Sequence record: OR525701.1 | Strand: one strand, 5' to 3' | Source of the DNA: Escherichia phage vB-Eco-KMB38 | DNA: 64,000 bases | Shown: piece after piece, positions 55,123 to 64,000 of the stretch | Layout of the letters: each line of letters starts with the position of its first letter | Numbering within the stretch: the first letter of the stretch is position 1 | Notes under the pieces: model-generated | Told to the model about the DNA's origin: nothing | The model's database searches: none | The model's input: only the letters and a program-made list of their open reading frames with translations | Translations under genes and position numbers: made by a program

Positions 55123-58100
55123 ATGGTTGACATCAAACGTAAGTTCAGGGCCGAAGATGGTCTTGACGCAGGCGGTGATAAGATAGTTAACGTTGCGCTT
55201 GCTGACCGCACAGTTGGCACCGATGGCGTGAACGTTGACTTTTTGGTGCAAGAAAACACCGTACAGAATTATGACGATACGCGCGCGTATACAAAAGATT
55301 TTATTGTTCTTTATGATAATCGTTTTTATCAAGCTTTAAACGATATTCCAGCTCCGGCAGGCCCTTTCTCTTTGGCTAAATGGAAGGCAACTCGTACAGA
55401 TGCAGAATGGATTACAGTTCAAGGCGGAGATTTCCAATTATCAGTAGGTAACTCTATTGCGGTTGATACTTCAGCTGGCACTGATATTAATTTCACTTTG
55501 CCTCAAAATCCTTTAGATGGCGATACAGTTATTTTGTCTGATATTGGTGGTAGAGTAGGCTATGTAAAAGTTCAAATTACTGCAGAGGCTCAAAGTATTG
55601 TAAACTTTAGAGGACAACAGGTTCGTTCAGTTTTAATGACGCACCCAAAATCTAAAATGGTCTTCATTTTTAGCAACCGCCTATGGCAAATGTATGTTTC
55701 TGATTACGAACGTAATGCAGTCACAGTAACTCCTGCTAAGCCATATCAGGCGCAACCTAATGATTTTATCATTCGACGTTTTACATCAGCCGCTCCTATT
55801 AATATTACATTGCCTCGTAATGCTAATAATGGCGATATTATTAATTTAGTGGATTTAGACAAATTAAACCCATTATATCACACAATTGTCAAAACTTACG
55901 ATGAAACAACTTCTATACGAGAAGCTGGTGTTCATGTAGCAGAAGGACGTAATACTGCGGAAGCATTCTTTGTTTATGATTCTGCCAATAGTTTATGGCG
56001 TGTTTGGGAAGGTGACCAGAAATCTCGTTTACGTATAGTTCGTAATGATACTGATTTACGCCCTAATGAAGAAGTTCTTGTTTTTGGAACTAATAATGAT
56101 ACAATCTCGACGGTAAATCTTACTTTGCCTACAGATATTTTGTCTGGCGATACTGTTAAAATATCGTTGAATTATATGCGTAAAGGGCAAACTGTAAAAA
56201 TTAAAGCTGCTGAAGGCGATACAATTGCTAGCAGTATTTCTTTATTACAGTTCCCAAAACGTTCGGAGTATCCACCTGATGCACAATGGGTTTCTGTTAG
56301 TGAGTTGGAATTTAATGGTGATACTTCGTATGTACCTGTACTTGAGTTAGCTTATATAGAAGATTATTCATCTGAAACAAAATATTGGGTAGTTCAACAA
56401 AACACCGTAACCGTCGAACGAGTCGATGCATCGAGCAATACCACTCGAGCTCGTTTAGGTGTTATTGCTCTTGCTTCTCAAGCGCAAGCAAATGTCGATT
56501 TAGAAAATGCTCCTGGTAAAGAACTGGCTATTACTCCGGAAACATTAGCAAATCGTACAGCAACTGAAACTCGTCGTGGTATTGCTCGTATTGCAACAAC
56601 TGCACAAGTTAACCAGAATACCGATTTTGCATTCCAAGACGACTTGATTATTTCTCCTAAGAAATTGAACGAACGTACAGCAACTGAAACCCGTAGAGGT
56701 GTTGCTGAAGTTGCAACTCAGGCTGAAACTAATGCCGGAACAGATGATACCACTATTATTACTCCTAAGAAATTGGATGCCCGTCAAGGTTCTGAAGTTT
56801 TATCTGGTATTGTAAAATACACATCTACGACTGGTACTACAGCTGCTACTATTCGTGGTAATGCTGGGACTAACGTTTATAACAAAGCCGTAGATAATTT
56901 AACTATTTCTCCAAAGGCTCTTGACCAGTATAAAGCTACCCCTACTCAGCAGGGTGCAGTAATTCTTGCTATTGAAAGTGAAGTTATCGCTGGCGAATCA
57001 CAAGCCGGTTGGGCTAATGCTGTAGTGACCCCTGAAACTCTGCATAAGAAAACTTCTACTGATGGACGTATTGGTTTAATTGAAATTGCTACGCAAGCAG
57101 AAACTAACACTGGAACTGATTATACTAGAGCAGTAACGCCTAAGACGTTAAATGATAGGAAAGCTACGGAAGGATTATCTGGCATAGCCGAAATTGCTAC
57201 GCAAGTTGAATTTGATACTGGAACTGACGATACTCGTATCTCGACTCCACTGAAAATTAAAACTCATTTTGATTCTTCTGACCGTACCAGTGTTAATTCT
57301 GATTCCGGACTTATTGAAGAAGGAACCTTGTGGAACCATTATACTCTTGATATTTCTAAAGCAAATGAAACACAACGTGGTACACTTCGCGTAGCGACCC
57401 AGGCAGAATCTAATGCAGGAACTTTAGATGATGTTCTTATTACTCCTAAAAAGCTTTTAGGGACTAAGTCCACTGAAACGTCTGAAGGCGTAATTAAGGT
57501 TGCTACTCAGGCTGAAACTGTAACAGGAACTTCTGCTAATACTGCTGTATCACCTAAGAATTTAAAATGGATTGTTCAATCAGAACCATCATGGACTGCT
57601 ACTACGGCGATTCGTGGATTCGTTAAAACTTCATCCGGTTCTATTACATTCGTTGGTAATGATACGGTTGGTTCAACACAATCTTTAGAATCATATGAGA
57701 AAAATAGCTATGCGGTATCACCATATGAATTAAACCGTGTACTTGCTAACTACTTACCGTTGAAAGCTAAAGCAGCTGATAGTAATTTGTTAGATGGTCT
57801 AGATTCTCTTCAGTTCATCCGTAGAGACATCGACCAGACGGTTAATGGTTCTTTAAGTCTTACTAAACAGACCAACCTGAGTGCTCCTTTAGTATCTACA
57901 AGCACTGCTTCTTTTGGTTCCGAAGCATCTGTTACTCGTAGATTAACTCTTAACGATTCTAGCGGTTCCGAAATAGTTTTCACTAAAGGAACCCAATCTC
58001 TTAGTAATAAAGAGAATTTCGTTGTTAGAGCATGGGGTAATAGCGCTACAGATGGTGCCCGCGATACAGTATTTGAAGCGGGTGACGAAACAGGATACCA

Positions 58101-58956
58101 TTTCTATTCTCAGCGCGCTGCTGATAATAGAGTATCATTTAATATTAATGGAACACTTTATTCAACAGGTATTGTTTCTACAAATGGATTAAATGTTACA
58201 GGTGTTTCTACCTTTACAGGGCCTATTAGTGCTACAGGCGAAATTGTTTCTAGTTCTCCTATTGCATTCAGAGCTATTAATGGTAACTATGGTGTTATGC
58301 TTTATAATGCTGGTAACAGTTCTTATATTGCATTAACTAACTCAGGTGACCAGACCGGGACGTTTAATAACTTACGCCCTATCACGATTAACAACGCCAC
58401 AGGCTTAGTTCGTCTTGACAATGGTGTTCAAATCACGAGTGGTGCAACAATAACTACTGGTGGGTTAACTGTAAATAACAGAATTATTTCTAACGGCGTT
58501 AAAACTGCTACTGTTTATACCGATAAACCAACAGCTTCTACTGTAGGTTTTTGGTCTATTGACATTAACGATTCTGCTGTATATAGCCAATTCCCTGGAT
58601 ACTGGACGCGTGATAACAAAGGTAACCGTGACCAAGAAATTAAATATCCTGGTACTTTGACTCAATTCGGCAATAGCTTAGATTCGCTTTATCAGGATTG
58701 GATTTGTTATCCTACAGGTGCAAATGGCGGTAGCATTCGATATACTCGTACCTGGCAGAAAAATAAAGATGCTTGGACTTCATTTGCAATGGTATTTGAT
58801 AGTGGCAACCCACCTTCACCTAGCGATGTCGGTGCTATCCCATCTGATAATGCTGTTATTGGAAACCTTACTATTCGAGACTTCTTACAATTAGGAAATG
58901 TGAGAATTGTTCCAGACCCGGTTAACAAAACAGTTAAATTTATATGGGTTGAATAA
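55123..58956 (+). CDS. 34: long tail fiber proximal subunit gp34
   Basis: 1277 aa; late promoter at 55081-55088; internal ~40-aa repeats; synteny. Confidence 0.92.
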   Translation: MVDIKRKFRAEDGLDAGGDKIVNVALADRTVGTDGVNVDFLVQENTVQNYDDTRAYTKDFIVLYDNRFYQALNDIPAPAGPFSLAKWKATRTDAEWITVQGGDFQLSVGNSIAVDTSAGTDINFTLPQNPLDGDTVILSDIGGRVGYVKVQITAEAQSIVNFRGQQVRSVLMTHPKSKMVFIFSNRLWQMYVSDYERNAVTVTPAKPYQAQPNDFIIRRFTSAAPINITLPRNANNGDIINLVDLDKLNPLYHTIVKTYDETTSIREAGVHVAEGRNTAEAFFVYDSANSLWRVWEGDQKSRLRIVRNDTDLRPNEEVLVFGTNNDTISTVNLTLPTDILSGDTVKISLNYMRKGQTVKIKAAEGDTIASSISLLQFPKRSEYPPDAQWVSVSELEFNGDTSYVPVLELAYIEDYSSETKYWVVQQNTVTVERVDASSNTTRARLGVIALASQAQANVDLENAPGKELAITPETLANRTATETRRGIARIATTAQVNQNTDFAFQDDLIISPKKLNERTATETRRGVAEVATQAETNAGTDDTTIITPKKLDARQGSEVLSGIVKYTSTTGTTAATIRGNAGTNVYNKAVDNLTISPKALDQYKATPTQQGAVILAIESEVIAGESQAGWANAVVTPETLHKKTSTDGRIGLIEIATQAETNTGTDYTRAVTPKTLNDRKATEGLSGIAEIATQVEFDTGTDDTRISTPLKIKTHFDSSDRTSVNSDSGLIEEGTLWNHYTLDISKANETQRGTLRVATQAESNAGTLDDVLITPKKLLGTKSTETSEGVIKVATQAETVTGTSANTAVSPKNLKWIVQSEPSWTATTAIRGFVKTSSGSITFVGNDTVGSTQSLESYEKNSYAVSPYELNRVLANYLPLKAKAADSNLLDGLDSLQFIRRDIDQTVNGSLSLTKQTNLSAPLVSTSTASFGSEASVTRRLTLNDSSGSEIVFTKGTQSLSNKENFVVRAWGNSATDGARDTVFEAGDETGYHFYSQRAADNRVSFNINGTLYSTGIVSTNGLNVTGVSTFTGPISATGEIVSSSPIAFRAINGNYGVMLYNAGNSSYIALTNSGDQTGTFNNLRPITINNATGLVRLDNGVQITSGATITTGGLTVNNRIISNGVKTATVYTDKPTASTVGFWSIDINDSAVYSQFPGYWTRDNKGNRDQEIKYPGTLTQFGNSLDSLYQDWICYPTGANGGSIRYTRTWQKNKDAWTSFAMVFDSGNPPSPSDVGAIPSDNAVIGNLTIRDFLQLGNVRIVPDPVNKTVKFIWVE
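56530..57560 (+). repeat. internal in-frame repeats in gp34 (~40-aa tail-fiber repeat units)
   Basis: Recurrent peptide units TATETRRGIARIAT / TATETRRGVAEVATQAETNAGTDD / RGTLRVATQAESNAGT / EGVIKVATQAETVTGT; 17-mer CGTACAGCAACTGAAAC at 56554 and 56674. Confidence 0.6.
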
Positions 58957-58964
58957 GAGGTTAT

Positions 58965-60089
58965 ATGGAAAAATTTATGGCAAGGTTTGGACAGGGATAC
59001 GTCCAAACGCCGTTTTTATCGGAAAGCAATTCAGTTAGATTTAAGCTAAGTATAGCGGGTTCATGCCCGCTTTCAACAACTAATCCATATATTTTGTTCC
59101 AAAACGAGCCTTTAGGGTTGCAGTCTTTTGGTATTGGACTAAATGTTAGGGTGATAAATCCGGAAAATGGAACTATAGTTGATAGTAAATTATACAATTT
59201 TGCGCCTACAAATAATGCAACTTCAGCTGCATTTATTTCGTTTGTTAATACATACGCAGATAATTTCATTTTCGCATTTATTTCTAATAACAAATTTAAT
59301 TTGCCACCAGAAATAATTGAATGGTTTAAAGCTGCTGGGAGTTCAGTTATACCGTCAATTGAAGTTGCTAGTCTTGTTGATATTTCATATTCAGCGTTTT
59401 ATGTTTCAGGTAAAAATACTATTGCATTAGAACACATAAAATACAGTAATAAGAAAACAATTTCTGATTACGCAACTCCATTAGATATTGTATATGACTC
59501 TATTGCTGATATAGGTGCTACCGGCTATCCTAGACGTACATATGAAGCTCTAGAAACGTTTTTATCTCCTGTTGGAGGAACTAACAATGAAATAAAAAGG
59601 ATGCCTACATCATCCCTTGTTACTCCTATCGCAAACTATGGATTAAAGCCTACAGATTTTCTTTATTTGAAATTTCAATTAATGGCTGATGAAGAATTAT
59701 TAGAGGAAGGAACCACAAGACTTTCAATTCGTTTCTTTAAGTCTCCATCTAGCTCTCCTATATCATCTAAAGATATAAACTTTGATGGAACTGCCGGGGA
59801 GTGGAAGCTATATGAAGAATACGTTGAAATACCAGCTGAAGCTGATGGCTTTACAGTATATTGTTACCGTACGGCCTCAGTCGGTCAAGGTGGACTAAGA
59901 AATGTTATTTTCACTGAAGTATCATGTAACGGAAGTATAGCAAAACCCGCCGAGTTTGGTATAAACGGTATTCGTGCTAATTACATTGATGAATCATTAA
60001 CCGGTAATGATATAATGGACTTGCCTACTCAGTTATCTAACGACACAGGTAAGGTATTTGGGCAGGAATTTAAAGAGTACACAGAATAA
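58965..60089 (+). CDS. 35: long tail fiber hinge protein gp35
   Basis: 374 aa; synteny; terminator follows. Confidence 0.88.
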   Translation: MEKFMARFGQGYVQTPFLSESNSVRFKLSIAGSCPLSTTNPYILFQNEPLGLQSFGIGLNVRVINPENGTIVDSKLYNFAPTNNATSAAFISFVNTYADNFIFAFISNNKFNLPPEIIEWFKAAGSSVIPSIEVASLVDISYSAFYVSGKNTIALEHIKYSNKKTISDYATPLDIVYDSIADIGATGYPRRTYEALETFLSPVGGTNNEIKRMPTSSLVTPIANYGLKPTDFLYLKFQLMADEELLEEGTTRLSIRFFKSPSSSPISSKDINFDGTAGEWKLYEEYVEIPAEADGFTVYCYRTASVGQGGLRNVIFTEVSCNGSIAKPAEFGINGIRANYIDESLTGNDIMDLPTQLSNDTGKVFGQEFKEYTE

Positions 60090-60090
60090 A

Positions 60091-60110
60091 GGAGACTTCG
60101 GTCTCCTTTT
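60091..60110 (+). terminator. terminator after gene 35
   Basis: ggagacTTCGgtctcc followed by TTTT. Confidence 0.75.
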
Positions 60111-60114
60111 CGCG

Positions 60115-60122
60115 TATAAATA
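60115..60122 (+). promoter_or_regulatory. late promoter TATAAATA (gene 36)
   Basis: Exact TATAAATA after the gene 35 terminator, 27 nt upstream of the gene 36 ATG. Confidence 0.75.
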
Positions 60123-60148
60123 CTTTAATATTAATAAGGAGACACGAA

Positions 60149-60805
60149 ATGGCCGATTTAAAAGCCGGAAGTACAGTTGGTGGTTCCGTCATATGGCATC
60201 AAGGCAATTTTCCTTTAATGCCAGCTGGCGATGACATCCTATATAAAACATTTAAATTATACACCGAATATAACAAGCCAAAAGCGGCTGATAACGATTT
60301 CGTATCTAAAGCAAATGGCGGGACATATCTCAAAAAGGTAATCTTTAACGAAGGTATTGCAGTCAAAACAGCAGATGACCAAACGAATGGTATTTTTTCT
60401 GGTGGTGGTGACGCCGCGACATTCGACCAAACAAACATGGATATTGTTTCGTGGTATGGTGTTGGGTTTAAATCATCTCAAGGTACAGGTGAAAGAACTG
60501 TTGTAATTGATACTCGCACCGGTAATATAAGTTCTAAAGGCGTTATTGAAGCATCTCAATTCAGAGCCACAACGTTAGCACCTTTAAATAATTACGACCT
60601 TACTCGCAAAGATTATGTTGATAGTCAAATAAATACAGTTAATGCTAATGCAAACAGTCGTGTACTCCGTTCAGGAGATACGATGACCGGCGCGCTAACA
60701 GCCCCAAACTTTTTCTCACAGAATCCTGCATCTCAACCCTCGCATGTTCCACGATTTGACCAAATTGTTATTAAGGATTCTGTTCAAGATTTCGGCTATT
60801 ATTAA
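60149..60805 (+). CDS. 36: long tail fiber distal subunit connector gp36
   Basis: 218 aa; late promoter at 60115-60122; synteny. Confidence 0.88.
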   Translation: MADLKAGSTVGGSVIWHQGNFPLMPAGDDILYKTFKLYTEYNKPKAADNDFVSKANGGTYLKKVIFNEGIAVKTADDQTNGIFSGGGDAATFDQTNMDIVSWYGVGFKSSQGTGERTVVIDTRTGNISSKGVIEASQFRATTLAPLNNYDLTRKDYVDSQINTVNANANSRVLRSGDTMTGALTAPNFFSQNPASQPSHVPRFDQIVIKDSVQDFGYY

Positions 60806-60813
60806 GAGGACTT

Positions 60814-63800
60814 ATGGCTACTTTAAAACAAATACAATTTAAAAGAAGCAAAACTGCAGGAGCACGTCCTGCCGCTTCAGTATTAGCCGAAGGTGAATTG
60901 GCTATAAACTTAAAAGACCGTGTACTTTTTACTAAAGATGACCAAGGAAATATTATTGATCTGGGTTTTGCTAAAGGTGGTAGTATTGACGGGAATGTTA
61001 TTCATACAGGCAATTATAACCAAACTGGCGATTATACTTTAAATGGCGAATGTTATTCATACAGGCAATTATAACCAAACTGGCGATTATACTTTAAATG
61101 GCACCTTCACTCAAATTGGCGATTTCAATCTCAAGGGTATTGCTCGCGTAACTCGTGATATTATTGCTGCGGGTCAGATAATGACCCATGGTGGCGAACT
61201 TATTACAAAAAGTTCAGGTACAGCACATGTTCGTTTTCATGATTTAGCTGACCGTGAACGTGGAATCATTTTTTCTCCTGCTAATGATGGATTAACTACA
61301 CAAGTTCTTAATATTAGAGTTCAAGATTACAAAGCTGGTTCAGAAAGCACTTTCGCTTTTAATGGAAATGGTTTGTTTTCTTCACCAGAAGTTTTTGGGT
61401 GGAAATCTGTATCAACTCCGGTAATTTATACCAATAAAGTTATCACCAATAAAAAAGTTAAAGATGATTATGACATCTATTCGATGGCAGACAATGTCCC
61501 ATTGTCTGAAAGCACTACTGCTATTAATCATCTACGTGTCATGCGCAATGCAGTCGGTTCTGGTATTTTCCATGAAGTTAAAGATAATGATGGAATAACT
61601 TGGTATAGTGGAGATGGATTAGATGCTTATCTTTGGTCATTTACCTGGAGCGGCGGAATTAAATCAAGTCACTCAATTTCTATCGGTTTAACACCCGGTA
61701 ATAAAGATTATTCAATATTAGGACCATCTAGCATTGCTTTAGGAGATAATGACACCGGGTTTAAATGGCATCAGGATGGATATTTTTTTACGGTAAACAA
61801 CGGTACAAAAACTTTCCTTTCTGGTCCGGCGGAAACCACTAGCCTTAGAAAAATGGTTATGGGTTATTCTGTAAATGGTACTGATTTGACTACTCCTCCA
61901 ACTGAAAACTATGCTCTTGCTACTGTTGTGACATATCACGATAATAACGCGTTTGGAGATGGTCAGACTCTTTTGGGATATTATCAAGGCGGTAACTATC
62001 ATCATTATTTCCGCGGCAAGGGTACCACAAACATTAATACTCATGGCGGTTTGTTAGTTACTCCAGGTAATATTGATGTTGTTGGCGGTTCGGTTAATAT
62101 CGATGGTAGAAATAATGCTTCTACGCTGATGTTTAGAGGTAACACGACCGGAGCTAGTTCAGTTGATAATATGACAATTTCCGTGTGGGGTAACACGTTT
62201 ACTAATCCTAGTGTAGGTAATCGTAAAAACGTCATGGAAATTTCTGATGCAACTAGTTGGATGAGCTATATTCAAAGACTTACTACTGGTGAAGTAGAAA
62301 TGAACGTTAACGGTTCATTTGAATCATCTGGTGTTACTGCTGGAAATAGAGGAGTTCACACAACAGGCGAAATTTCATCTGGAGCAGTGAATGCTCTTCG
62401 TATTTGGAATGCAGATTATGGAGTCATTTTTAGACGTTCGGAAGGTAGTCTTCATATTATTCCAACTGCTTATGGCGAAGGCAAAGATGGCGATATCGGT
62501 CCACTTCGTCCGTTTAGTATGTCTTTAGATACAGGTAAGGTCGTTATTCCTGACCTAGATTTGAGTCATACAACTTTTGCTGAAAATGGTTTTATTAAAT
62601 TCGGTGGGCATGGTGCTGGTGCCGGTGGTTATGATATTCAATACGGCCAAGCAGCTCCTGTTTTCCAAGAAATTGATGATGACGCGGTAAGTAAATATTA
62701 TCCTATTGTTAAGCAGAAATTCTTACAAGGAAAAGCTGTTTGGTCTTTAGGTACTGAAATTAATTCCGGGACTTTTGTTTTACACCATCTTAAAGAAGAC
62801 GGGACCGGTGGTCATACCTCAAGATTTAATGCTGATGGTACAGTTAATTTCCCTGATAATGTCCTGGTTGGCGGTGGTGAAGCTGCTATTGCTCGAAATG
62901 GTAATATTTTCTCTGATATTTGGAAAGTATTTACATCTGCAGGCGACGTAACTAATATTCGCGATGCAATAGCTACTCGTGTTTCTAAAGAAGGCGACAA
63001 GATGACTGGCACTCTTTGGATTAATAAAGATGCTGCTGGAATAGTTCTTAATCCTCCTTTGGCCAGTGATTCATCATTTATTCGTTCTGATACGGCCGGG
63101 GCCAATAATTGGTATATTGGTAAAGGCGGTGCCGACAATGGTCTAGGTTTTTACAGTTATGTTACACAAGGCGGTGTATACATAACAACTAACGGTGAAA
63201 TATCGCTTTCTCCTCAAGGCCAAGGAACATTTAATTTTAATAGAGACCGCCTCCATATAAACGGTACACAATGGACCGCACACCAGGGTGGTGGTTGGGG
63301 AAATCAATGGAATCAAGAAGCACCGGTATTTGTAGATTTTGGTAATGTTGGTAATGATAGTTATTATCCTATTATTAAAGGAAAATCCGGTATTACTAAT
63401 GAAGGATACATATCTGGTGTAGATTTTGGTATGCGACGCATTACTAATACATGGGCACAAGGTATTATTCGTGTAGGTAATCAGGAAAACGGTTACGACC
63501 CACAAGCTGTATATGAATTCCATCATAACGGTACTTTTTATGCTCCAAGCTTACTTAAGAGCAGTAGAGTATCAGCTGGTGGTGGTGACCCTGCATGGGG
63601 CGGGCCGTGTATTGTACTTGGAGATAACGATACCGGTTTGCTTTGGGAAGCAGACGGTATTTTCAACGCATATGCAAACGGCCAAGGTGTGTTTAGTTTT
63701 AGACCTGGTTTAGCTCAGACATTCGGTGATGTTAACTTCCACTGTAATGCAGGTATGTATGTTCGTGATAACATTGATGTTAACGACGTTTATATTCGTT

Positions 63801-64000
63801 CTGATATTCGTTGTAAGTCGGAAATTAAGCTTATTAAGAACGCTCAAGAGAAATCTAAACTATTGGGCGGTTATACTTATCTGCTTAAAAACTCTGTTAC
63901 AGACGAAGTTAAACCGTCCGCAGGTTTAATTGCTCAGGAAGTTCAAGAAGTATTACCTGAACTTGTTTCTGAAGATAAAGAGACCGGACTGCTTCGTTTG
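60814..64000 (+). pseudogene. 37: long tail fiber distal subunit gp37, interrupted by a frameshifting 55-bp tandem duplication; 3' end lies outside window
   Basis: N-terminus [36 protein letters not shown]... matches T4 gp37 as recalled; frame stops at 61072-61074 after the duplicated copy; the +1 frame from 61103 is open to the window end and finishes with an S74-type chaperone-domain motif (SDIRCKSEIKLIKNAQEK...GLIAQEVQEVLPELVS). Confidence 0.7.
60993..61102 (+). repeat. perfect 55-bp tandem direct duplication (2 copies) inside gene 37
   Basis: 60993-61047 and 61048-61102 are both GAATGTTATTCATACAGGCAATTATAACCAAACTGGCGATTATACTTTAAATGGC. Confidence 0.95.

Noticed and set aside
60993-61102. 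Programmed ribosomal frameshift as the explanation for the gene 37 frame change
   Set aside because: The shift coincides exactly with a perfect 55-bp duplication and there is no slippery heptamer or stimulatory structure; a duplication mutation or assembly artifact is the simpler explanation

Overview
This window is a contiguous stretch of a T-even (T4-like, Tequatrovirus-type) myovirus genome, colinear with T4 from gene 13 to the 5' part of gene 37. All calls rest on reading the translated ORFs, recalled similarity to T4 proteins and synteny; no database search was run. Plus strand: neck 13/14, 15, terminase 16/17, sheath 18, tube 19, portal 20, prohead core 67/68/21/22, major capsid 23, vertex 24, then a GIY-YIG homing endonuclease, uvsW, baseplate hub genes 51/27/28/29/48/54 and long tail fiber genes 34-37. 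Minus strand (early/middle genes): rnlB, hoc, inh, uvsY, 25/26, alt, DNA ligase 30, the 30.x cluster, rIII, 31, cd, pseT, a spanin pair, alc, rnlA, denA, nrdB, nrdA, td, frd, 32, 59, 33, dsbA and rnh. Regulation is T4-like: TATAAATA late promoters, GTTTAC-N17/18-TAcTAT early promoters, MotA-box middle promoters and many UUCG-tetraloop hairpins. I found no single clear-cut novel multi-gene system; the candidates worth follow-up are differences from T4. The main ones are: (1) an intact AroG-type DAHP synthase gene directly upstream of cd; (2) a perfect 55-bp tandem duplication that frameshifts gene 37; (3) an 89-aa ORF with its own early promoter between genes 23 and 24, where T4 has segD; (4) a 115-aa ORF inserted between frd and td; (5) a ~370-nt structured non-coding gap next to rIII. 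td and nrdB are intronless, and gene 37 ends in a T2-type intramolecular-chaperone domain.
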